From NCBI GenBank assembly GCA_001805965.1, contig MHHG01000032.1, positions 1 through 56,189 on the forward strand: 56,189 nt of DNA, written 5' to 3'. Under the pieces are notes generated by a model. It was given only the letters and a program-made list of their open reading frames with translations. It was not told where the DNA came from and did no database searches. This DNA is from Omnitrophica WOR_2 bacterium RIFOXYA2_FULL_38_17 (GTDB lineage: Bacteria; Omnitrophota; Gorgyraeia; Zapsychrales; Zapsychraceae). Of the stretch, positions 48,456 through 56,189 are shown one piece after another. Made by a program: the position numbers and the translations under genes. How positions within the stretch are numbered: position 1 is the first letter of the stretch; every line of letters begins with the position of its first letter.

Positions 48456-49634
48456 TTAAACTAGATCCTTAATAGAACCAACATCTTTATCCCCTCTGCC
48501 AGAAAGACAAAGTATCACACTTGCTGTTTTCTTAACCCTTTTGGCCAAAGTCTTCAAATAGTAAATTGCATGTGATGTTTCAAGCGCAGGAATAATACCT
48601 TCCTTTTCTGAAAGTAATTTTAATCCTTCGATAGCTTGTTTGTCATTAACAGAAACGTACTCCGCTCGTCCGATCTTATTGTAATAAGAATGTTCAGGCC
48701 CAACACCCGGATAATCCAAACCTGCCGCAATTGAATGCGCGATCATTATTTGGCCGTCCTCATCCTGAAGAAGGTCGCTCTTGCTTCCGTGTAAAACACC
48801 GATCTGACCCTTTGAAATAGTCGCCGCATGCCTTTTTGTATTAACTCCTTCTCCTGCCGCCTCAACACCGATCATCCTGACCTCTTTATCATTAAAGAAC
48901 GCATGGAACAATCCCATTGCGTTGCTTCCTCCGCCAACGCATGCAACCAAATAATCAGGAAGTTTTCCTTCCTTCTTTAAGAACTGCTTTCTTGCCTCGC
49001 GCCCGATAACAGACTGGAATTCTCTGACCATTACCGGGTAAGGATGCGGCCCTGCAACCGAGCCGATAATGTAAAACGTATTTCGAACATTGGTCACCCA
49101 ATCACGAATAGCCTCGTTCATCGCATCTTTCAATGTACATGATCCGCTATTAACAGGAATGACTTTAGCTCCAAGCAATCTCATCCTGTAAACATTCAGA
49201 GATTGCCTTTCGATATCTTCAGAACCCATGTAAACTTCACACTGCAAACCCATCAAAGCCGCGGCAGTTGCTGTTGCAACTCCATGCTGGCCGGCTCCAG
49301 TCTCTGCAATTATACGGGTCTTACCCATCTTCTTTGCAACCAGAACCTGGCCCAATGTATTATTGATCTTATGCGCCCCTGTGTGAAGGAGGTCTTCTCT
49401 CTTTAAATATACCTTTAATGTTTTTAATTGCTCGCTAAGACGTTCAGCAAAATACAGATTGGTAGGACGTCCCGCATAATCCTTTAAATAAAAAGCAAAT
49501 TCTTTTTGAAATGCCTTATCTGTCTTTAATGAATTGTAAACACCTAATAGCTCATCTAAAACAGCCATCAATGTTTCAGGAACGTACTGTCCCCCAAATT
49601 CCCCAAAATGTCCTTTTTTATCCGGTAACGCCAT
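48456..49634 (-). CDS. trpB: Tryptophan synthase beta subunit
   Basis: [36 protein letters not shown]. Confidence 0.98.
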   Translation of the reverse strand: MALPDKKGHFGEFGGQYVPETLMAVLDELLGVYNSLKTDKAFQKEFAFYLKDYAGRPTNLYFAERLSEQLKTLKVYLKREDLLHTGAHKINNTLGQVLVAKKMGKTRIIAETGAGQHGVATATAAALMGLQCEVYMGSEDIERQSLNVYRMRLLGAKVIPVNSGSCTLKDAMNEAIRDWVTNVRNTFYIIGSVAGPHPYPVMVREFQSVIGREARKQFLKKEGKLPDYLVACVGGGSNAMGLFHAFFNDKEVRMIGVEAAGEGVNTKRHAATISKGQIGVLHGSKSDLLQDEDGQIMIAHSIAAGLDYPGVGPEHSYYNKIGRAEYVSVNDKQAIEGLKLLSEKEGIIPALETSHAIYYLKTLAKRVKKTASVILCLSGRGDKDVGSIKDLV

Positions 49635-49752
49635 TTGAAATATTTATCCTTAATAAAAACTATTGTCTGTTGTCCTTTGTTATCTGTTCTCTTAACCAAA
49701 TTTCAGTTTTAGATAATACCACAAATCCTCAATTAATAAACAGGAAAAACAT

Positions 49753-50286
49753 CTATTCCCTTGGCGACCTGATCTTTCCTCTTAGAAGATCAATTATCAA
49801 CTTTCTTTCCTTAGAATCTATATCTTTAACCGAACTCTCAAAATTCTTGACTCTTTCCTGCTGTTTTAATAAAAACACGATATCTCCAAGAACCCTGATA
49901 CCATCTAATGCTTCAGCACGAAGCTTCGACGCCTGTGTAATACCCAGATTCTCCTCATCTATCCTCTCGAATTCACCAATAAGCCTTTTTAGCTCTAACA
50001 GCCAATCATTATAATTGTTCTCCATCTTCAAATAATAATCTGCATCACCTACTAACCACAACCTGATCAATTCAAGATCTTCAGCAGAAAGACTATGCCC
50101 TGCTTCTAACCTGTTAATTATCTGGTTTATTTGATCTTTAGTCGTCGCCTGCATGTATTCGCGTAAACCACCTTCAAGCTCATCAAAAGCTGAAGATAGA
50201 TTCCAATATTGTGTCGTATTTGGATTACTTGTTGCTGACTCATACTGTGATTTTATCTTTGCAATAACGCCTTTAATATTAGCCAT
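49753..50286 (-). CDS. Hypothetical all-alpha protein
   Basis: 177-aa ORF with AGGAG RBS; no recognised family. Confidence 0.7.
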   Translation of the reverse strand: MANIKGVIAKIKSQYESATSNPNTTQYWNLSSAFDELEGGLREYMQATTKDQINQIINRLEAGHSLSAEDLELIRLWLVGDADYYLKMENNYNDWLLELKRLIGEFERIDEENLGITQASKLRAEALDGIRVLGDIVFLLKQQERVKNFESSVKDIDSKERKLIIDLLRGKIRSPRE

Positions 50287-50320
50287 TTTTTTCTCCTGTT
50301 TGAAAACAATTAGAATTTAA

Positions 50321-51280
50321 TTAATATTTCCAATCGGGATAACGATCTGTCCCAAAGTGTGATTCATTGTGCGCACCTCTCAAAAGCCATTTAGGAGTGA
50401 AAAACGAAAATAGCTTATAAAGAAATGGTGCTTTGTCGTTTTTCGGATCCACGACATAAAGCTTTGAATTGATCTCCCAATCAAGTTTTGTGCGGTCAAA
50501 CTTAAGGACTTTTGTTTTTCTAGACTGAAGATCTGCGACAACAAGCCTATCCGCGCTTGAAGAATCTATTCCTGACGCGTAGACCAAATATCTGCCATCA
50601 GGCGAAAAAGCGACATGCCTGTCCGACCCTACGCGTTTTACTATTTTACACTCATTCTTCCCGTCAGGATCCATGGAATAAATTTCGAGATCTTCTCCAC
50701 CCTTTTCAGTTGCATCGCCTGAAATAAAAACTATCTTACTACCATCGGGTGAATAAACAGGAGAAAAATCGCTGCCCTGATATTCTGTAAGCTGCTTTAA
50801 ATTTTTTGTTTCAATATCATACTGCCAAATATCAGGATTACCGGATCTTTTGGATGTAAAGATTATTTTCTTTCCATCCGGCGAATAACGCGGCGTAAAA
50901 TCCTTCCCTTCATATTCAGTAATCCTCTCAAGGCCAGAGCCGTCAACATTAATAGTATAGATATCAATACTGCCATTATAGTTCGCACAAAAAACTATCT
51001 TCTTTCCACAGGGAGACCAATCAGGAGAATTGTTCCAGAAATTACCCTTAGTAACTTGCCTTTGGTCAGTACCATTTGCATTCATGATCCATATCTCAGA
51101 AGATCCTGTTCTGTTTGATGTAAAAGCTATTTTTGAACCATCAGGGGACCATCTGGGACAATCATTCCAGCTATCACCGGAAGTCAGCTGCCTTACTTCT
51201 TCTGTTTCAAGATTCAAAGCCCAGATATCGAAATCCCCCATCTTTCCAGATGCAAAAACGATCGTGCCTTTTAAATTCAT
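50321..51280 (-). CDS. TolB-like PD40-repeat beta-propeller protein
   Basis: Repeats PRWSPDG, PDWSPCG, PRYSPDG, PVYSPDG, FSPDG; start MNLKG at 51280 after AAGGAG. Confidence 0.88.
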   Translation of the reverse strand: MNLKGTIVFASGKMGDFDIWALNLETEEVRQLTSGDSWNDCPRWSPDGSKIAFTSNRTGSSEIWIMNANGTDQRQVTKGNFWNNSPDWSPCGKKIVFCANYNGSIDIYTINVDGSGLERITEYEGKDFTPRYSPDGKKIIFTSKRSGNPDIWQYDIETKNLKQLTEYQGSDFSPVYSPDGSKIVFISGDATEKGGEDLEIYSMDPDGKNECKIVKRVGSDRHVAFSPDGRYLVYASGIDSSSADRLVVADLQSRKTKVLKFDRTKLDWEINSKLYVVDPKNDKAPFLYKLFSFFTPKWLLRGAHNESHFGTDRYPDWKY

Positions 51281-51327
51281 ACTGATCTCCTTTTTATGTT
51301 CTATCTTTAGATCTAAAAACACACCCG

Positions 51328-53421
51328 TTAAACAAAAAACAATAAAATCCCGCCAATCATCAAAATTATAGACCAGATCAATTTGGCATAATAGACATAA
51401 CAAGATGAAGCTGTCCCTGCCGTCCTTATTTCCTTTATCTCGATGTAAGGAACGGGCGCTCGCCTGTACCACCCGATCACTTCTGCTTCCTGATTGTGAT
51501 ATTGTTTGGCCCTGAGCAAACCAAACAAGAAATTGATAATGCCCAGCGGCTGAGCATAATCAAGAAATATGATCCCGGTTTCATCCTGCAAAATAAAATC
51601 TTCTGACCATATCAATCCAGGAACACCCCGCCCAACTATCGTACCTGTAATTTTACACGGAACCGGCCTGATTGCTGAAACTTTTATTTTTTTTAATAAA
51701 GCTTTAATATTCATCGGAGCAAACTGGTTATCGGGATAAGCAAAAAACGTTCTGATCAAATAGCCGACACCAAACAATAAAACCAGCGTTCCAAAATTAG
51801 CGCCTGAAAGCGTAGATGTTGAAGCCCATGTTCCCGTATTCAATAAAGTCATCACAAAGCTTACGCCATTAAAAATACACCATGCTAAAGCTACAAGCCA
51901 TGGCAACGATTGAACAATCAGATCAACAAAGAACTCATCCCAATAAGATTCGGGCTTTCTTTCATCAAATTCAACATAAGGCTCCTTACCCATTACAACA
52001 GAAAGATTGCTTAACATCCTGATTCTCTTTGCAATAAGAGGATGCGTTGAATTTAATTCATAAAATGTTGCCCAAGGATTCCAAAGGTCCCATTTAGCAA
52101 CATCCCTCAATGTATCCTTATCTATTTCTCCACCCATACTCTTGCTGCTAATGCCACTTGCTAGCGCAAGCGTGCTTCCATGTTTGGCGTTAAATATCCC
52201 TAAAGGCTCAATCCCTTTCATTGCTGCAGATCTTTTCGAATCTTCATCTTTCTTTTCTGAAGAATCACGTCCAGCCAAACCATAACCGATCTTGACCAAT
52301 GCTGAAGCAAGCTGACCCGGGGCTCCGGTTGTCTGTCCGGAAAAACGATCTGCGTAATATTCACGAATTCTCGAGAACCAAAGAACTATATATTCGCTTA
52401 TAATGTAAAGAATGTAAGCTCCGATCGCTATTGCATATCTGGCAGCTGCCGATCTATCCCTGCCCCTGGACCTCATTCTTATCAGGGTTCTGTAAATATA
52501 ATAGAATATAAGAGGAACAAGTTGAGCCAATGTCATGACAAGCATATCCCAATGAACCACATGTCCAACCTCATGAGCCACTACAGCCTCAATTTCTTTT
52601 TCATCCAAGAGCTCAAGTAATCCAGCCGTAATAACGATCCTTGCATTATTTGGATGATGCCCGTAGGTAAATGCGTTTGGCCCGCCGTCATGTATCAATC
52701 CTATCCTCGGAAACTTGATACTATTTTCCTGCGAAATCTTTGTGATAAATGCCCTTAAATGCTCCGGTAAGCTCTCTGGCTTGACCCACTCAAATGCATA
52801 GATCCATCTTAAAGAAAGGTCCATCAGAAACGGGCCTAATAAAAACTGAATAAGCGCAACAATAATTCCGACAATAAGCGCCATACCCGGGGTAACACCC
52901 GCAAATTCTACTGCAGTTATCAACCCTAAAGTCAAAAGCGAATACATCCCGACTAATACCATTGTAGAGCTGAGAGCTAAATTCGGCAGTGGCAACAATC
53001 CCGCGGCATGCGCCACAACCGAGCGAGAAGGCTTCACTTTTTCTGAACTTTCATTATCTTTCTTAAAAAACCCTTTATCAACATCGAGCGCAGCCTGATT
53101 TGCGGGGAATTTTGTGATCTCGCCTTTATCAAGCCAAATGCCCCCTGTCTTAGGGCAATAATCTATCATTACACTGCTATTGAATAAGGGAAGTTCGACC
53201 ATTTCCTCACCCGTTATAGGAGATTTACGTGTCGTAGCTTTTCTATTCTTTATGGCAGCGCAAAGTGCCTCGTATACATAATTAGAGTCCTTAACAAAAT
53301 AGTAGATCTCGCTTTTGTCCAGCCAAATACCTTCACAACTGGTACAAATGTCTATCTCCACACCTTGTTTAGTGTAAACAGCTTTTAGCTCCTGGCCACT
53401 GCAAACAGGACAATTTTTCAT
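51328..53421 (-). CDS. M48/HtpX-family membrane zinc protease with N-terminal zf-TFIIB-like ribbons
   Basis: CPVC...IDICTSCEGIWLD, second unit IDYCPKTGGIWLD, PNAFTYG, HEVGH, SRIREYYAD, STHP. Confidence 0.9.
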   Translation of the reverse strand: MKNCPVCSGQELKAVYTKQGVEIDICTSCEGIWLDKSEIYYFVKDSNYVYEALCAAIKNRKATTRKSPITGEEMVELPLFNSSVMIDYCPKTGGIWLDKGEITKFPANQAALDVDKGFFKKDNESSEKVKPSRSVVAHAAGLLPLPNLALSSTMVLVGMYSLLTLGLITAVEFAGVTPGMALIVGIIVALIQFLLGPFLMDLSLRWIYAFEWVKPESLPEHLRAFITKISQENSIKFPRIGLIHDGGPNAFTYGHHPNNARIVITAGLLELLDEKEIEAVVAHEVGHVVHWDMLVMTLAQLVPLIFYYIYRTLIRMRSRGRDRSAAARYAIAIGAYILYIISEYIVLWFSRIREYYADRFSGQTTGAPGQLASALVKIGYGLAGRDSSEKKDEDSKRSAAMKGIEPLGIFNAKHGSTLALASGISSKSMGGEIDKDTLRDVAKWDLWNPWATFYELNSTHPLIAKRIRMLSNLSVVMGKEPYVEFDERKPESYWDEFFVDLIVQSLPWLVALAWCIFNGVSFVMTLLNTGTWASTSTLSGANFGTLVLLFGVGYLIRTFFAYPDNQFAPMNIKALLKKIKVSAIRPVPCKITGTIVGRGVPGLIWSEDFILQDETGIIFLDYAQPLGIINFLFGLLRAKQYHNQEAEVIGWYRRAPVPYIEIKEIRTAGTASSCYVYYAKLIWSIILMIGGILLFFV

Positions 53422-54170
53422 TTTACTTCTCCTCCATATAAAATTTCAGTAAGCACCATCGAAGTTTTACCAAAACCAACCGCTCCATCGATCCTAAGCG
53501 GTATCATCTCTTCACTGTCATCAAACCATATTCTATACTTTTTTGGAACACTCTGCATAAAAAAAGATTTAAATTTTTTATTCATTGCCTCAAACTCAAC
53601 TTTATCTTTGACCTCGATCTTAACATCAGCCGTAGGCAGAATAATATCAAAACTGTTTCCAACCTCTAGTTTAGCTGATTTTCTAAGCCGGTAAATAAAA
53701 CAATATAAATTGTCCAAAGGAAGTTCTTTCTTGATTGTGATCTCTTGCAGCTCACCTTTGACCATCTTACTAATATTAACACTGCCTTTTAAAGCATCAT
53801 ATCTCTCTTTAATTTTCTCCTTATTCCCAAAAATATTTAAATCACGGTCAACTGCAATTGGAAAGTATGTTTCTGGATCCAAATAGATCTTTTCCTGATC
53901 GTAAAAATTAAATCCCTCAGATGTAAAAACGATCAGCAGAGCTTTCCTTCCGGCAATCTCTGCCTCTCCTTTAAATTCTAGGGAAGCATCTCCAGCTTTT
54001 ATCCCTAATTTCTTGATCATATACCTAAAAGTCTCGCCTTTTTTTAACATTTTTGCAGCCTCGCTGTTTGAAGCATTGACAAAAGCCAAAGCGACAACCA
54101 AAATAACTATAAAAGCTAATCTATTTTTTATCTTCAAAAAAGCCATCAACATAAAATTTCTTTCTTTCAT
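53418..54170 (-). CDS. DUF3108-like secreted protein
   Basis: Signal-like N-terminus, GETFRY..KKLGIKAG, LDNLYCFIYRLR, IWFDD...IPLRI; exact start uncertain. Confidence 0.7.
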   Translation of the reverse strand: MKERNFMLMAFLKIKNRLAFIVILVVALAFVNASNSEAAKMLKKGETFRYMIKKLGIKAGDASLEFKGEAEIAGRKALLIVFTSEGFNFYDQEKIYLDPETYFPIAVDRDLNIFGNKEKIKERYDALKGSVNISKMVKGELQEITIKKELPLDNLYCFIYRLRKSAKLEVGNSFDIILPTADVKIEVKDKVEFEAMNKKFKSFFMQSVPKKYRIWFDDSEEMIPLRIDGAVGFGKTSMVLTEILYGGEVK

Positions 54171-54561
54171 ATTTGTGGTAATGCCTGTAAAGCAGCAAAT
54201 AACTCCTAAACTTGAACGGATTAGCGATCAAATCACACAAAAGATGTACAGTAGCACCAACCGCAATACCTAAAAGTGCCTCGATATTAAAAAAACTATA
54301 TACGATCCAAAGCGCAATGACCAACTCGTACGAATGAAAAATCAAGCTGATCTTCCCGTAGATATCATACTGACAGAAATTATCAAGTTCTTTGAAATTT
54401 AAAGGTATCCTTTTGTGTGTAAAAAAATAATCAAAGGCATGATCAATATCGATCAAAACCCCGGTTATCAAACAGGAAAACGCACAAAGCCAGGAATGGA
54501 GCCATCCATAAATGATTAGAGCAACTCCGCTTGAAATTATTACATGTTTAGCAGGTCTCAT
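54121..54561 (-). CDS. Membrane-bound metal-dependent hydrolase (YdjM-like)
   Basis: H near the N-terminus, LIDIDH, FHSYE, HLLCD, TM segments. Confidence 0.65.
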   Translation of the reverse strand: MRPAKHVIISSGVALIIYGWLHSWLCAFSCLITGVLIDIDHAFDYFFTHKRIPLNFKELDNFCQYDIYGKISLIFHSYELVIALWIVYSFFNIEALLGIAVGATVHLLCDLIANPFKFRSYLLLYRHYHKYERKKFYVDGFFEDKK

Positions 54562-55693
54562 CGTATTTCTTCACAAAGAACTCCAAAGCCTTTGTACCTC
54601 TGGACAAGGTGCTTAAATTAATGTATTCGTCGGTTGAATGCGCTGTGCCATGCGCACCAAACCCCGTCGCAAAAGCTGGAATTTTATATTTCTTAAAGAA
54701 CGTAATGACTGTCGCACCTTCTGAACCTTTTAGTATTGCTTTGGCCTTGCTCTTACGGACAGCATCACCCCACAATTTAACGAATTTATTATTTAAATCA
54801 ATCTCGTAAGGGTCCTGAAGGTCATCAATGATCACCTTTGACCTCTTTGCTTCAGACCTAGCAATTTGTTTAATTTCAGCCAATAACTCTTTAGGATCCA
54901 TGCCCGGCAGAAATCTAAGATCAACCGAAAATTCACAAAAATCGGCAACCATGTTAACCTTGTCCCCGCCTTTGATAGTCCCAATATTGATCGTCGGAGG
55001 CTTAAGGAAAAGATGCTTTTTATATTTAAACCTTATTTTCTTTAATTTTGTAATGATCCTAGCCGAAGCTTCAATTGCATTTTCACCGAGCCAATTGTAG
55101 GCGCCATGTGCTTTCTTTCCAAAAACCTGCACCCGCATGTGAAACAATCCTTTTTGTGCGATTATAGTATTAAATTCATCAGAATCCAGAACGAGCGCAA
55201 ATCCCGGTGCAAGCACCTTTTTTTCAAGAAGAGGAATAATCCCGTAATAACTTCCGGTTTCTTCATCTACCGTAGCTGCCATTACTATATCTTTTTTTGG
55301 CTTAAAGCCATCTTCAACAAGGCTGCGCATTACTTCCATTGCACTCGCAAGATTTCCCTTGTCATCGGTTGTACCCCTGCCGTAAAGCTTGTTTCCAACG
55401 ATCTGCGATCCAAATGGATCAAATTTCCACCCGTCGCCAATAGGAACCGTATCGAAATGCGGAGTTAAAAGCAACGACTCTTTCTTTGCCCTGTTCCTCG
55501 GCATGCTTCCTTTTAGCGTCGCAACTATATTCGGGCGATTTTTTGCGTAAGTATAAGTCTTAACATCAATTCCAAGCGACCGCATGTCGGTTTCAATAAA
55601 TTTTGCTAATTTTAATTCTTTTCCGGGAGGATTTTGTGAGTCGATGGATAAAACTTCTTGTGTAAGTGCTATTAATCTTTTTTTGTTGATCAT
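54548..55693 (-). CDS. M20-family metallopeptidase/deacylase (ArgE/DapE-like)
   Basis: HFDTVP, YGRGTTDDKG, VDEETG, GKKAHG, AHSTDE. Confidence 0.92.
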   Translation of the reverse strand: MINKKRLIALTQEVLSIDSQNPPGKELKLAKFIETDMRSLGIDVKTYTYAKNRPNIVATLKGSMPRNRAKKESLLLTPHFDTVPIGDGWKFDPFGSQIVGNKLYGRGTTDDKGNLASAMEVMRSLVEDGFKPKKDIVMAATVDEETGSYYGIIPLLEKKVLAPGFALVLDSDEFNTIIAQKGLFHMRVQVFGKKAHGAYNWLGENAIEASARIITKLKKIRFKYKKHLFLKPPTINIGTIKGGDKVNMVADFCEFSVDLRFLPGMDPKELLAEIKQIARSEAKRSKVIIDDLQDPYEIDLNNKFVKLWGDAVRKSKAKAILKGSEGATVITFFKKYKIPAFATGFGAHGTAHSTDEYINLSTLSRGTKALEFFVKKYDETC

Positions 55694-55992
55694 TTAAACA
55701 AGTCCTCTGCCTTTGATTTTCCCATGTTTCTGCTGTAATCTTCAAAGTCGATTATTGCCAAATAAGGCCTTTCACCCAAAACCCTGGGCAGCTTAGGCAG
55801 ATGACTTTTAATATTACGGAACGAAATATAATTGAATTTTGTTTTACACTCAGGACATTCTACTGAATCTAACTTAACGCTTATAGCATTGCATTTAGCA
55901 CAGCTTCCTGAAATATCGCCGTAAACCAGCAAATTCTGCTTGATCTCAGAAACATCCATGTATTTATAAACCCTAATAAATTGTTCACTCAT
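55690..55992 (-). CDS. Small zinc-ribbon hypothetical protein
   Basis: CAKC...CPEC; stop overlaps the M20 start (ATGA). Confidence 0.7.
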   Translation of the reverse strand: MSEQFIRVYKYMDVSEIKQNLLVYGDISGSCAKCNAISVKLDSVECPECKTKFNYISFRNIKSHLPKLPRVLGERPYLAIIDFEDYSRNMGKSKAEDLFK

Positions 55993-56066
55993 TTCTTTTC
56001 CTTATTTTTATGTGGCATTCATCAAACATCCTAAGTTGCTAACTACAAACGAACAACTAGAATCGA

Positions 56067-56189
56067 CTAGACAAAATCCGCCAGATCCTGCACCAATTTC
56101 TCTGTATCTTCCCAACCTATGCACGGGTCAGTTATAGATTGTCCGTATTTATTCTTTCCAATATCCTCCCTGCCTTCAACCAAATAGCT
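56067..56189 (-). CDS. DAHP synthase (class I-alpha, AroF/G/H type), C-terminal fragment
   Basis: My translation SYLVEGREDIGKNKYGQSITDPCIGWEDTEKLVQDLADFV* matches the YG.SITD.CIGWEDT motif. Confidence 0.88.
   Translation of the reverse strand, partial: SYLVEGREDIGKNKYGQSITDPCIGWEDTEKLVQDLADFV

Noticed and set aside
49635-49752. Possible trp attenuator or T-box upstream of trpB, and loose 7-mer repeats
   Set aside because: No Trp-codon leader peptide, T-box motif or terminator hairpin; the repeats are too degenerate.
51281-51472. N-terminal extension of track ORF 50321-51472
   Set aside because: It overlaps the HtpX gene in another frame; the AAGGAG RBS supports 51280.
4557-55468. Many plus-strand ORFs of 60-167 aa antisense to recognised genes (e.g. 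4557-5039, 7114-7602, 10722-11180, 16882-17349, 23156-23623, 44029-44478, 49511-50014)
   Set aside because: Antisense shadows with Ser/Phe/Ile-rich composition and no motifs.
1-56189. CRISPR array, prophage, transposase, defence island or stop-codon recoding
   Set aside because: No repeat-spacer pattern or mobile-element genes were seen; TGA, TAG and TAA all terminate recognisable genes.

Overview
Low-GC (about 35% by eye) bacterial chromosomal window, genetic code 11. Almost all genes lie on the minus strand; only three type IV pilins and rpmB are on plus. The PVC-type long L28, the standalone pilins and the gene content suggest a PVC-superphylum organism, probably Candidatus Omnitrophota (inference). 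Most of the window is housekeeping: glgB-GH57-malQ, hldD, pyk, thyA-folA, hflKC, prmA, gpmI, fba, an M3 oligoendopeptidase, recJ, argS, rsfS, trpBA and a DAHP synthase C-terminus. Four less ordinary items stand out. (1) A c-di-GMP-I (GEMM-I) riboswitch at 8511-8680(-) whose canonical 86-nt core is split by two insertions of two hairpins each, followed by a terminator and controlling a TPR + AsmA-like gene pair. (2) An unannotated 56-aa gene (46005-46175, -) with its own promoter and RBS that resembles the crenarchaeal chromatin protein CC1. (3) A YtrA/GntR-ABC operon with a visible promoter and operator that runs on into an exosortase (XrtK-like) and a large MSEP-CTERM/VIT-type membrane protein. 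(4) rsfS, which apparently starts at a non-canonical AUU codon. No CRISPR array, rRNA, tRNA or transposase was seen.
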